Source: an uncultured Verrucomicrobiae bacterium (GTDB taxonomy: Bacteria; Verrucomicrobiota; Verrucomicrobiia; Limisphaerales; JAFGQR01). Taken from it: a stretch of DNA of 64,000 nt. The position numbers and the translations under genes are program-made. Each line of letters begins with the position of its first letter. Position 1 is the first letter of the stretch. The stretch is from NCBI GenBank assembly GCA_963788655.1, contig CAWBHS010000080.1, forward strand, positions 18,213 through 82,212. Reading direction: 5' to 3'. Shown here one piece after another: positions 52,490 to 62,976 of the stretch. Under the pieces are notes generated by a model. It was given only the letters and a program-made list of their open reading frames with translations, did no database searches and had not been told where the DNA came from.

Positions 52490-53884
52490 TTAAATGGTCC
52501 ACGGAGCACGCATGGCACGGGAACGCAGCCGGTTCGCTTCCGCGTCGTTGATGAATTCTTCTTTGACCGGATCAAACTTCATGTCGCGCTTGAGCCACAT
52601 GCAAATGTTGGCCGCGTGAACGGTCGTCATGGAATGGTGCATCACTTCCGGATTGGCCACGGTTTGCCGGCGGGACTTGACGCAATCGAGCAGGTTGCGC
52701 ACGTGGCTCATCGGGCGTTCGGTGCGGTCCATGTAGTCATGCACGATTTTGTTGAAATCAGCCATCCAGGCCGGATTGGAAACTTCCGGTTTGGAATACC
52801 CATCCGCCACGGACACCCAGCCTTCAGTGCCTTCGTAGCAGACGCCACACGAGCCGTGCCAGCCGCCGGCTGATCCCTGCCAACCGCCGCGATTCAGGAT
52901 CATTTGAATGCCGTTGGCGAACTTGGTCACCATGCCGTCGCCGCTGTCGTTGTTCACGTATTGGTATTCGATGGGCGAGGTTTCGGTGGCGCCGATGGCC
53001 ACCTGGCATTGGGCGAACGTGTGCGCACCCCATTCCCCGATGCAACTGGTGTGGAAGTCATAAAAACCCCGCCAGCCGCCCCGCACGTAATTTGAGTTGT
53101 ACGGACGCCACGGACACGGCCCCAGCCATTGATCCCAATCCACCTCGTCCCGGTCGGGTAACGGTTCCGCTGGCAGCCAGTCGTGCCGCATTTCGGCGGC
53201 GTCCCACGGCGCGATGTGCGCGCGCACCGTATGGACTTTACCCAGGTATCCGAGGCGAAGAATTTCATTGGCAAACGTGAAGTTGCCTTCGCTGAGACGT
53301 TGCGTGCCGGTTTGATAAATCCGGCGGTAGCGTTTGGCGGTTTCCACCACGGCCCGGCCCTGGGCAATGGTCATGGCCGAGGGTTTCTCGGAATAAATAT
53401 CTTTGCCGGAGCGCATCGCCATGATGGCGGCCAGCGCGTGCCAGCGGTCGCCGGTGGCGGTCAGCACCGCGTCGATGTCGGTGCGCTCGGCCAAAAACTC
53501 GCGGATGTCGCGATACATGGCGCAATCCTGGTTGCCATTGCGATTGTCAATGATGCGCTTGACGGCTTCGCGGCGGGATTTCCGGGCGTCGCAGATCGCG
53601 ACGAACTGCACGTCCTTCTCCGGCAACATCCAGCCCAGGTCATGCCCGCCGCGGTTGCCAATGCCCAGCCCGGCCATGATGATGCGGCCGCTGGGCGGCA
53701 CCGCGCCGTCGCGGCCAATGGCGGACGCGGGAATCAGGGTGGGCAACGCCACGGCGCTGCCAGCCAGCGCGGCCCGTTTCAAGAATTGCCGCCGGCTCAG
53801 ACTGGAAACGTCCATCGAGCCGGCCGGTGAGGATACAGGTTTCGCGAATGCGCGACCTCTGGAAAATAAAGAGTGCTTTGCCAT
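52490..53884 (-). CDS. Tat-exported Gfo/Idh/MocA oxidoreductase
   Basis: SRRQFLK; GLGIGNRG, DRWHA, DIYSEKP, QTGTQR, WDQWLGP, EWGAH. Confidence 0.9.
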   Translation of the reverse strand: MAKHSLFSRGRAFAKPVSSPAGSMDVSSLSRRQFLKRAALAGSAVALPTLIPASAIGRDGAVPPSGRIIMAGLGIGNRGGHDLGWMLPEKDVQFVAICDARKSRREAVKRIIDNRNGNQDCAMYRDIREFLAERTDIDAVLTATGDRWHALAAIMAMRSGKDIYSEKPSAMTIAQGRAVVETAKRYRRIYQTGTQRLSEGNFTFANEILRLGYLGKVHTVRAHIAPWDAAEMRHDWLPAEPLPDRDEVDWDQWLGPCPWRPYNSNYVRGGWRGFYDFHTSCIGEWGAHTFAQCQVAIGATETSPIEYQYVNNDSGDGMVTKFANGIQMILNRGGWQGSAGGWHGSCGVCYEGTEGWVSVADGYSKPEVSNPAWMADFNKIVHDYMDRTERPMSHVRNLLDCVKSRRQTVANPEVMHHSMTTVHAANICMWLKRDMKFDPVKEEFINDAEANRLRSRAMRAPWTI

Positions 53885-53943
53885 GTGACTTTTCTAGTGG
53901 GTTCTGCGAGGAACTGCAAATCATCTTTTGTCGCTTTTAGAAG

Positions 53944-54408
53944 AATGACCAAGGGCCAATGACCAAGGCCCAGAGAATGGCCAATGCTCAAGCCCGAATT
54001 GGTGCTTGATCGTCTTCCAGTCCCGTCAGGGACGACTGGAAATAGCCCCCCGATTCATCGGTGGGTTAGCTCAACGAACAAACGCCGTGAGTCCCGCCAG
54101 GGACGAAAGAGAATTTCGTGGGCGCGGACGAATTGCAACTGAGACTGGCCGCGGCGCATGGCTGCGCATTCTTTCGCCCCTTCGGGTCTCCTTAACCTTT
54201 TGGAGGATTTCCCACGCTTCAAAGCGTGGGCTATTCTCGGTCGTCCCTCCGGGACAAGTGCCGACATGAAACGTTCCGGAACCATCTTCGATGGCAACGC
54301 GCCCCGCGATTACCATCACAATCTTCCCCCAATGTTCCTGTCTCGGAACAGCCTTCCCTTGTCCAACTGGTCATTCTCATGGTCATTGGTCCTTGGTCCT
54401 TGGTCATT
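53944..54408. repeat. Composite element: heptamer inverted arms enclosing a multi-hairpin GTCCC-NNN-AGGGACG element (54020-54255)
   Basis: Arms AATGACCAAGGGCCAATGACC... and ...GGTCCTTGGTCCTTGGTCATT; internal GTCCCGTCAGGGACGA, GTCCCGCCAGGGACGA, TCGTCCCTCCGGGAC. Confidence 0.7.
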
Positions 54409-54419
54409 CCCAGCTATCC

Positions 54420-55877
54420 TCAACCTTGGTTCGATGCCCCCTTCATTTTCCGGTATGCCTCGAGCGCAACCTCGCGGGCAATGGCGTGACTGACAATCGG
54501 AGCGGGATACGTTTTGTCGAACTGCACTCCAGCCGCCACCAGCGCCTCCGCCGGTGCTTCCCAGGGATGGTGAATCCACTTGGTCGGCAGCTTTGCCAGT
54601 TCGGGAATCCACCGACGCACATAGTCGCCTTCCGGATCAAACTTTTGCCCCTGGCTGACCGGGTTGAAGACGCGGAAATACGGCGCGGCATCGGCACCAC
54701 AACCAGCCGTCCATTGCCAACCTTGCGTATTGTTGGCCAAGTCAGCATCGACCAGGGTGTCCCAAAACCATCGCGCGCCTTCCGGCCAGGGAAGCATCAG
54801 GTCTTTCACCAGGAACGAGGCCACGATCATGCGCACGCGATTGTGCATCCAGCCGGTCGTCCACAGTTCGCGCATGCCGGCATCGACAATTGGGTAACCG
54901 GTTTGTCCTTGTTGCCAAGCGCGCAATGCTCGGTTGTCGGTATGCCAGGGGAACCGCCGAAATTCCTCGCGCAATGGCTGCCTGGCAGTGTGCGGAAAAT
55001 GAAAGAGCAGATGATGGGAAAAATCCCGCCAACCCAGCTCCGCCAGGAATTGCCAGTGTTTCCATTGGCTTGCGGGAACGTGCCGGCGTTCGGCGGCTTT
55101 TTGTACGGCCGTCCAGATTTGCCGCGGGGAAAGCTCGCCAAAGTGCAGGTGCGGTGACAGCCGCGAGGTGCCGGAATGGTCCGGCCGGTTCCGGCCCGTC
55201 GAGTAATCGAAGAGCGTGCCGCGGGTGAACTGCTTGAGCTGTGACTGCGCGCCAGCTTCGCCCGGCTGCCAGGCATGCGCGAATCCTTCGGCCCAATTGA
55301 TTTTCGGCTCCAGTCCGAGCGCTTCCAATTTGACGGACTTGGGCCACTTGGCCAGCGATGGAACCGTCTTGGGCGCCGGCAATGGATCATCCGGCGACAG
55401 TGACGCCAGGCACGTTCGCCAATAAGGGGTGAACACTTGGAACGGGCGAGCCGCTTTTGTTCTTCACCGCCCAAGGTTCGTTCAACAACGAGCTATTGAA
55501 GCTTTCCACCTGCACGCCTTCCTTCCGTAGTGCTTCTTGGATTTGGACGTCGCGCGTCGTAATCACCGGTTCATATCGGCGCGTCCAGAACACTGCCGTG
55601 GCGCCGGTTTCCGGATAAGCCCGCGCAACGTTTCCAGCGAAGGCCCTTGGCGGATGACCAGTCTCGAACCGGCTTGCTGGTACGACTCGGCCAGTTGCTT
55701 GAGCGATCGGTGCAACCACCAGTTCGAGGCGCCGCCGGGAGGCCAATCGCCTTCTTCTTCAGGCGCCCAAATAAACACCGGCAACACCCGGCCAAACTGC
55801 CGCGCCGCCTCCAGGGCGGGATTATCGGCCAGCCTCAAGTCGTGCCGATGCCAAATGATTGCGATAGGTGCGGACAT
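54420..55877 (-). CDS. phrB: Deoxyribodipyrimidine photolyase, class I/III (frameshifts near 55440 and 55610)
   Basis: WHRHDLRLADNPAL, FTPYWR, TSRLSPHLHFGELSPR, WQQGQTGYPIVDAGMRELWTTGWMHNRVRM, LVDADLANN, PYFRVFNP. Confidence 0.93.
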
Positions 55878-55983
55878 GGCAGTTGATCGAGGGACGTTGA
55901 GTCAGGTGTTGTTGGAACATCGCGTCAGCGGACGCGTTCAGCAGGGTTTTCTTGCCGAAGCGGATCATTCGCTGTCGCCGTGG

Positions 55984-56391
55984 TCAGCTTTTGTTTGCCA
56001 GACTTGTTTTCACTGTTCGGGCCAGCACATTGACCTGTTCAAGCTGTTCGCGGAGTTTCGACCAGTCGGGCTCATCGAGGTCGAATCCGGGATAGCGATC
56101 AGAAAAATAGGCCTCGGCAAGTTCGTCGGTCAATGGATCCACTGCGGGCATGAGTTCCGAACCACGAGCTCGCAGTTCGCCCGATAGGTGTTCAAGGTCG
56201 TGAGTTTTTACCAGAAACCAACCGATACGAAGCAATTCAGCCTTGAGCACTTTCTCCAACACGTCGGCCAATTTGCTGCGGCACATCGAATACGCGGCTT
56301 GGTTTTCAGCCAAGACTTGCAGTCCCTCCAAGTCGGAGTCGGCGATGGCCAACCAATCAGCCGGATTGTTGGAATCAGTCTTCCGTGGCAA
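55984..56391 (-). CDS. HEPN domain protein
   Basis: DWL..A..DL, EKVLKA, KTHDL, RYPG; overlaps the upstream MNT gene. Confidence 0.85.
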   Translation of the reverse strand: MPRKTDSNNPADWLAIADSDLEGLQVLAENQAAYSMCRSKLADVLEKVLKAELLRIGWFLVKTHDLEHLSGELRARGSELMPAVDPLTDELAEAYFSDRYPGFDLDEPDWSKLREQLEQVNVLARTVKTSLANKS

Positions 56392-56734
56392 GTAACACTC
56401 CTTCCTTTAACACCGTAATGAAAAAGTGATCACCTACCGTTTGTTTTTCCGTGAGGCGGGCGGGAGAAATGGGAACGAGCGTAAACGCGGGTCGTGGCCA
56501 CACCGGGCGCATGGCTTTGCGCCACTGGGCCGCCGCCTCCAATTGCCGTTCGGCTCCATCAGCCACGAGACAGAGATCCACGTCGCTGTCAGGACGCGCC
56601 TCGCCGCGAGCATGAGAACCGAACAAGATTGCCCGACGAAGAGGTACCGCACGATCCATCGCCTCCAGGCAGCGCGCCAGGCTTTCGCGCTGGTTCCCCA
56701 GCGACGGTGGCAAGTTGTCCAGCAGCAATCTCAC
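56375..56734 (-). CDS. Minimal nucleotidyltransferase (MNT), partner of HEPN
   Basis: LFGSHARGEARPDSDVDL (GS-X10-DXD); C-terminal KEGVLL. Confidence 0.9.
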   Translation of the reverse strand: MRLLLDNLPPSLGNQRESLARCLEAMDRAVPLRRAILFGSHARGEARPDSDVDLCLVADGAERQLEAAAQWRKAMRPVWPRPAFTLVPISPARLTEKQTVGDHFFITVLKEGVLLATED

Positions 56735-57028
56735 GGAAAAACCTTAGCGTTGCCCCGGTGGTCTGACAAGTGGCCATTCGTGCTTGCGCCACCGCCAGGG
56801 GACAAGGATGATCCTGCGCATTCGTATGCTGACGGACAACATACTCGAATTGATTGGCCACACGCCATTGCTCCGGTTGATGTGAGAAACACACCGCGAT
56901 CCGTAGGACAGCGCGTCCCGCCTGTCCCGAATGGTCAAGGAACATCCAGTCGTTCGCGAAGCGCCCGTTATAAAAGAACGATTTTTCGAAATCCGGGACC
57001 GCCAGGACGGCTGTCCGGCCAGCGCAAC

Positions 57029-57445
57029 TTATTCACCGATCACCGTCACCATTACGGTACGGTGGCGGGGTTTAACATCGCACTCGAGGTGAAAGATTTG
57101 CTGCCAGGTGCCCAGCACCAAGCGGCCCTCGCGGATGGGCACAGATAGGGATGGCCCGAGCACGGTTGCCTGGAGATGCGAATGCCCGTTGCCGTCGTGC
57201 CAGGCTTGTTCATGCCCGTATTCGCGGCTGGGCGGCAGCAACTGGTCGAGCATCGCGGGCAGATCCTTTTGCAGGCCCGGTTCAAATTCAATCGTCCCCA
57301 CCACGGCGGTGCTGCCGACATTGAACAATTGCACGATACCGGTGCGTACTTCGGCTTCGCCGACAATGCGGGCGACCTGGTCCGTGAGGTCGTGCATATC
57401 GCGATGGCCGGCAGTTTTCAGGCTGATCTCTTTCTGGTAAACCAT
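57029..57445 (-). CDS. YjbQ/UPF0047 family protein
   Basis: GSTAVVGTIEFEPGL, HE..WHDGNGHSH, LGTWQQIFHLE. Confidence 0.9.
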   Translation of the reverse strand: MVYQKEISLKTAGHRDMHDLTDQVARIVGEAEVRTGIVQLFNVGSTAVVGTIEFEPGLQKDLPAMLDQLLPPSREYGHEQAWHDGNGHSHLQATVLGPSLSVPIREGRLVLGTWQQIFHLECDVKPRHRTVMVTVIGE

Positions 57446-57685
57446 GCCGCTCCTTGTCGCCTGATCGACCGGGAAAAGGCAAGCGCGAATCAAGCGTGCG
57501 CATGCGGAAGAGTGCATCCCCAAGTTGGCGGCGTTGGCAAACGCCGTTCTCCTGGTAGGCCGCGGGCTCCCACGCGGCGGACGAGGCAGAGCCACCGACA
57601 ACCTGAGGATGCACCGCCTACCGAAAACTTTCGCTGAAAACTTTCGCTTTTCCTCCGCGCGCCTATCCACCATCATTTGGTGTTT

Positions 57686-58390
57686 ATGCATGCGGATTCC
57701 AAACCAGTACCACCGCCGACCTACGTCCAGATTCGGGAGTGCAGCAAGAACTTGCATTCCAAAATGGTGAAACGCCTTTCCGAACTGGGCTACGATTTCC
57801 TGCGCGTGGCCAAGGCCATGACCTTGCCCACCGCGGGGCGCACCTTGATTTTTGGCGGTGAAACCGACATGAACGCGTTCATGGATTTCCAGGCGCACGA
57901 ATACCGGCTCAACGGCAAAACTCTGATGGAACATTGCGTTCCCGAGTGCATGGAATTGTCGCCGCTCGAAATGGAGATTGCGCGCGCCGTGCAGCAATCC
58001 CGCACTTCGCTCTTCGAAACGATCGGCGTCGCGCCACCCGCCCATCAAATCCAGTTACAGGATCTATTGGAACCGGAACAGCCGGTGGTGTCGCTGACGG
58101 ACCTGGGTCTTAGCTCTTCTATCAACCGGTTTCACCGCCGCCCCTTGCTCTTCATGCGGGTGATCACTGTGCATGGCATCTCCATGACCAGCGGATTCTC
58201 ATTTCTTTTTGAACCGGCGTTGAAGAACCGCCTGCTGCAATCCTACCGGCAGAAGATGAAGAAAATTCCCCCATCCGAATTACCGATCAAGAAGTTCGTT
58301 TTCTTCTTTCGCAAGAATACCGAACTGGGCGAGGAACAGGCGTATCAGACGGTTACTCCGCATGGCGTCAGCCCGAACCTTCTTCCGTAG
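57686..58390 (+). CDS. Hypothetical protein
   Basis: About 234-codon ORF with plausible composition, ending 6 nt before the oxidoreductase. Confidence 0.6.
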   Translation: MHADSKPVPPPTYVQIRECSKNLHSKMVKRLSELGYDFLRVAKAMTLPTAGRTLIFGGETDMNAFMDFQAHEYRLNGKTLMEHCVPECMELSPLEMEIARAVQQSRTSLFETIGVAPPAHQIQLQDLLEPEQPVVSLTDLGLSSSINRFHRRPLLFMRVITVHGISMTSGFSFLFEPALKNRLLQSYRQKMKKIPPSELPIKKFVFFFRKNTELGEEQAYQTVTPHGVSPNLLP

Positions 58391-58396
58391 GCGACC

Positions 58397-61045
58397 ATGT
58401 CGGAACACGAGAGCTTTGATTTCCATTCGCTGGGCGAACTGCGGCAGCACATCGCCGATTTGAAACTCGACCTGGAACTGGCCGAAGATTTCAGTCCGTT
58501 GTTCGAACCGTTGACCGTCGGCCGCTTCACTCTGCCAAACCGTTTCGTGGTGCTCCCCATGGAAGGCTGCGACGGCAAACCGGACGGTGCGCCGGGGGAA
58601 CTGACCTTCCGACGCTACCGCCGTTTCGCCGGAGGCGGCGCCGGACTGCTCTGGTTCGAAGCCACCGCCGTCGTCCCCGAAGGCCGCGCGAATCCACGCC
58701 AACTCTGGTTGCACGAGCGGACCGTGCCGGCCTTCGGCGCGCTGGTCGAGGAATCGCTGAAGACGGCCCGCGACCGTGTGGGGGCGAGCCATCGGCCGCT
58801 GACCATCGTGCAACTGACTCATTCCGGTCGTTACAGCCGGCCGGGACGCACGCCGTCGCCGATCATCGCGCACCATTCACCGTATCTCGATCCGACGCAC
58901 CAATTGCCGCCGGATTATCCGCTCATCACCGACGATGAATTGGAGCGGCTGGAAGACGCTTACGTCGAAGCCGCCCGTTGCGCGCAGCAAGCAGGATTCG
59001 ATGGCGTGGATGTGAAGGCGTGCCATCGTTACCTGGTTTCCGAACTCCACGCTTCCTTCACCCGGGAAAACAGTCGTTACGGTGGCGCGGCTTTTGAAAA
59101 CCGTTCGCGTTTCTTCCGCAACGTGGTCGCCAAAATCCGCGACACGGTGCCCGGCCTGATCGTCACCGCGCGACTAAATGTCTTCGACGCCATGGCGCAT
59201 CCGTACGGTTTCGGCGTGGACCGTGAGCATCTCGCGCAACCTGATCTCACCGAACCGAAGGAATTGGTCGCTTTTCTCGGCGCTCAGGGGACACCGCTGG
59301 TCAACGTCACTATTGGCAATCCCTACTACAATCCGCACGTCAACCGGCCCTTCGATCTGCCCACGACCGGGGCGCCTCTGCCCTCGGAACCACCGCTGGT
59401 GGGCGTCGATCGGTTCGTGCAAATCGTGCGGCAAATCCAGGCCGCCTTTCCGGCTATGGCCGTGATCGGTGGGGGCTATTCGTGGCTGCGGCAATTTCTC
59501 CCGCACCTCGCTGCCGCCAACGTGCGCCGCGGCTGGGTGTCACTCGTAGGTTTGGGTCGCATGGCGTTCGCCTATCCGGACAGTGTGCGCGACCTCGAAC
59601 GCACCGGCCAATTCGATCCGCAACAGGTCTGCGTGGCCTGTTCTGCTTGTACGCAAATCATGCGCGACGGCGGGCGCACCGGCTGCGTGCCGCGCGATGC
59701 GGAGGTTTATGAGCCGATTTACAAACAAGGCCGGGCCGACGCTCTGGACACGATCATCGCCATGGCCAAAACCTGTCGGCAGTGCAACGATCCCACGTGC
59801 GTGGGCCAATGCCCGGCCCAGGTGAATATTCCCCGGTTCGTAGCCCACATTGCCGCGGGACGTTTCCGGGAAGCCTACGAAACGTTGCGCGAAGCCAACA
59901 CGCTGGCGGCGGTGTGCGGTTACGTCTGCCCCGCTGAAGTGCAATGCGAAGCTGGATGCATCAATCAGCACTATTCCTTCACCGTACCGATTCGCCATCT
60001 GCAACGCTGGGTCAGCCGGAAAGCCGTGGAAGAAGGTTGGGCGGCAGAACCGCGGCCAACGGCCCAGTCCACCGACAAGAAAGTCGCCGTTATCGGTGCC
60101 GGTCCGGCGGGCATATCCGCCGCCACCAAACTGGCGTCGCTTGGTCATGCGGTGACGTTGTTTGAACGCGCCGCCGTGCCCGGTGGCATGGCTCAGGAAA
60201 TCATCCCGGCGGACCGGTTGCCCGAATCCATTCTGCAGCGCGAAATCCGCGACGTGCTGGCGTCGCACGGATCGTTGATTCAACACCGCAATGCCACGTT
60301 GAGTGCCGCGTTCAACCTGGACCGGTTGATGGCGGAAGGATTTGACGCAGTATTGTTGGCGGTGGGTTTGAGCAAATCAATTCCGTTACCGTGCCCGACA
60401 CAGCCCACGACCGGACTCATCGGAGCGCTGGAGTTCCTGGCGCGCCTGAAGCGACGTGAAACGTGTTCCGGCACCGTGCGGGTGTTGGGCGGTGGCAATA
60501 CGGCCATCGATGCGGCCCGCTGCGCCCGCAAGGCCGGTGCGATGGACGTCTCGTTGGTTTATCGCCGGTCCTTTGCGGAAATGCCGGCGTGGCCTGAGGA
60601 ACGGGATCAAGCGATTGCCGAGGGCATCCATTTCCTGACGCTTACTGCGCCGCTCGATTACGTCACCGATGCCAACGGGAAACTGACCGGCCTGAAAGTC
60701 ATTCGCACCACCCGGGGCGCGCCGGATGCCCGCGGTCGCCGACGACCGGAACCGCTGCCGGGCACGGAACACGTGTTGCCGGCCGAGCTGATTGTTGAAG
60801 CCCTCGGGCAAGCGGTTGCCGACGAACTGAAGACCGCGCTGCCGGGCGTGGAGTTTACGGAGGCCGGCCTGATTTGGGTTCACGAAGACCGGTTGGAGAC
60901 TTCGCGCCCCGGCGTGTTCGCGGCTGGCGACGTGGTTAACGGCGGCACCACGGTGGTCCGCGCCGTAGCCGAAGGCACTCGCGCGGCCCAACAAATTCAC
61001 GACTTCTTTTACGCCGAGCCAGTGCCCATTCATTTCAAAAACTGA
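58397..61045 (+). CDS. Fusion of Old Yellow Enzyme-like FMN TIM barrel and GltD/PreT/NfnB-like FAD/Fe-S pyridine nucleotide oxidoreductase
   Basis: LPNRFVVLPMEGCD, GFDGVDVKACHRYL, YGG..FENRSRF, CVACSAC; CRQCNDPTC...CP, CGYVCP...CEAGC, VAVIGAGPAG, GGGNTAID, YRRS, FAAGD. Confidence 0.85.
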   Translation: MSEHESFDFHSLGELRQHIADLKLDLELAEDFSPLFEPLTVGRFTLPNRFVVLPMEGCDGKPDGAPGELTFRRYRRFAGGGAGLLWFEATAVVPEGRANPRQLWLHERTVPAFGALVEESLKTARDRVGASHRPLTIVQLTHSGRYSRPGRTPSPIIAHHSPYLDPTHQLPPDYPLITDDELERLEDAYVEAARCAQQAGFDGVDVKACHRYLVSELHASFTRENSRYGGAAFENRSRFFRNVVAKIRDTVPGLIVTARLNVFDAMAHPYGFGVDREHLAQPDLTEPKELVAFLGAQGTPLVNVTIGNPYYNPHVNRPFDLPTTGAPLPSEPPLVGVDRFVQIVRQIQAAFPAMAVIGGGYSWLRQFLPHLAAANVRRGWVSLVGLGRMAFAYPDSVRDLERTGQFDPQQVCVACSACTQIMRDGGRTGCVPRDAEVYEPIYKQGRADALDTIIAMAKTCRQCNDPTCVGQCPAQVNIPRFVAHIAAGRFREAYETLREANTLAAVCGYVCPAEVQCEAGCINQHYSFTVPIRHLQRWVSRKAVEEGWAAEPRPTAQSTDKKVAVIGAGPAGISAATKLASLGHAVTLFERAAVPGGMAQEIIPADRLPESILQREIRDVLASHGSLIQHRNATLSAAFNLDRLMAEGFDAVLLAVGLSKSIPLPCPTQPTTGLIGALEFLARLKRRETCSGTVRVLGGGNTAIDAARCARKAGAMDVSLVYRRSFAEMPAWPEERDQAIAEGIHFLTLTAPLDYVTDANGKLTGLKVIRTTRGAPDARGRRRPEPLPGTEHVLPAELIVEALGQAVADELKTALPGVEFTEAGLIWVHEDRLETSRPGVFAAGDVVNGGTTVVRAVAEGTRAAQQIHDFFYAEPVPIHFKN

Positions 61046-61109
61046 ACCAGGACTGAAATTTTTCTTTGCCTTCCGCGCCAACTTTTGGGCTATTTGAGCC
61101 CTCAATTTT

Positions 61110-61921
61110 ATGAGCACTGCATACCAAATCGTTGTTTGCGGCAGTATCGTGCCGGACCCGCTCCAAACCCTGGAGCCGGTCAGCGGCCCGACTGGACCCG
61201 CGTTGAAGAATGAAATGATGCTGCCAGCGGTCCTCGATCCGTGGGCCAGCCATGCGCTGTACGAGGCGGCCAACCTCGCGAAGAACGCTCCCGGCAGCAA
61301 AGTGTATCTGGTCAGCCTCGGACCCAAAGCCAAGCTGCAACAGGTCATGATGACCGTGGCGCAGAAGGTGCCCTTCGAATTGGTCGCGCTCGATGGTCCG
61401 GCCAACGGGTTTCACCGAGTCCTTTGAAACCGCCGCCGCGCTCGCCGAAGCGATTTCCGCCATGCCCGGATTGGACCGCGCCGAAGTTGCTGGTCTTCGG
61501 CGGATGGGAATCGGCTTCCCGCGGCGCGGGCGTCACGATGCAGATGGTCGGCGAACGCCTGGGCATCGTGGACCAGTTCCAGGGAGTGGACGAACTCAAG
61601 GTTAATGCCGATGGTTCACTCGACATTCTGGAGCGCGTGGAAGGCGGCAAACATCAGATCTCCCGCTGCGCCGGACCGCCGGCTTTGCTCGGCTGGGCCA
61701 CGGGCAATTTGCCGGAACCGAAAAACAATCCGCAGGTCGGCATGATGAACATGCGCACCGTCATGCCCGCGCTACAAAAGGCCAAGCCGGTCAAACTCGC
61801 CGGCGAAGGCGTCGCGTTTGCCAGCGTCACCTTGCCCAAGCAACAACGTGAAACGCGCATCGTGAAGGACATTGCGCCGGACGAAATCGCGCGGGAAATC
61901 GTGGCGTGGATCAAAGAATAG
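61110..61921 (+). CDS. Electron transfer flavoprotein beta subunit, divergent (frameshifts near 61410-61485)
   Basis: IVVCGSIVPD, LDPWASHALYEA, VSLGP, ERVEGGKH; adjacent to ETF alpha. Confidence 0.75.
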
Positions 61922-61929
61922 CTTGCCCT

Positions 61930-62967
61930 ATGGAAACGATACTTTTTCTTGCCAATACCGAAGCCGACGGCTCCCTGGCCAAACCCGCGCTGGAAGCCTT
62001 GGGTGCCGCCTGCAATCTGGTTGCCGCCTCTGCGGGCACGCCCTTGCTGGTGGGTCTGGTAGGCGAAAACGTTCAACCCGGCGCGAATCAAATTGCAGCT
62101 TGCGGCGCCGCCAAATTCCTGGCGGTAACGGGCGCCGAGTTCAGCCAGTCGCGCTACGCCACCGATGCCACTGCCGCGGAAGCCCTCGCCAAAGCCGCCC
62201 AGGCCACGGTGATTGTCGCGCCCGCCACCTCGCGCTGGACGCGCACCATGCCGGGCGTGGCCCAACGGTTGAACGGACGCGTCGATACTCACGTAACCGG
62301 GGTATCGGTCAACGACGGCGCCATGGCGATCCATCGCTGGTATTACCGCCAGCGGATGGAAGCCGTTTTGAAACGCACCACCCGGCCCTGGGTGATGCTG
62401 ATCGATCCCGGCAGTCAACCGTCCTGGACAGCGGAGGCCGGGACGGCGGTGGTTGAAGCCGTATCCGTCACGCTGCCTGACAACTGCAAACGCACGCAGG
62501 TCAGCGGCCTGCGCGAGCCAGCGGCGGACGCGCAGACCATTCGTCCGGACGCCGACGTGCTATTTGTCGCCGGCGCTGGTTGGACCAAGAAACAAGCTGA
62601 CGGCCAGACGCACCTGCCGGAGGCGGAAAAGCTGATTCTGGATTTCCTCAAGCACAGCCGTGCCTCGCTGGGCAGCAGCAAGTCGCTGGTCGATTTGGGC
62701 GGCGAAGGCCAGGCCGTGTTATCCTTCCTGACGCACCTCAATCAAATTGGCCAGACCGGCTCGACGCCGCGGCATCCGAAGGGCCTGTCCACGTGTTGCC
62801 ACGGCGAAGAACCGCACACGGTGGGCTGGCGCTTCATCAACGCACGGCGCGCCATCAGCCTTGATCCCAACTGCGGTTGGGCCCGCGGCAAGGCCGACGT
62901 GCTCTACGTGGCCGACGCGTTCGCGGTCATGACGAAGGTTAACGAACTGCTGGCGGCTTCGGCGTAA
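61930..62967 (+). CDS. Electron transfer flavoprotein alpha subunit, divergent
   Basis: ADVLFVAGAG, LGSSKSLVD, QIGQTG, ADVLYVADA. Confidence 0.8.
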   Translation: METILFLANTEADGSLAKPALEALGAACNLVAASAGTPLLVGLVGENVQPGANQIAACGAAKFLAVTGAEFSQSRYATDATAAEALAKAAQATVIVAPATSRWTRTMPGVAQRLNGRVDTHVTGVSVNDGAMAIHRWYYRQRMEAVLKRTTRPWVMLIDPGSQPSWTAEAGTAVVEAVSVTLPDNCKRTQVSGLREPAADAQTIRPDADVLFVAGAGWTKKQADGQTHLPEAEKLILDFLKHSRASLGSSKSLVDLGGEGQAVLSFLTHLNQIGQTGSTPRHPKGLSTCCHGEEPHTVGWRFINARRAISLDPNCGWARGKADVLYVADAFAVMTKVNELLAASA

Positions 62968-62976
62968 TAACGTGCC

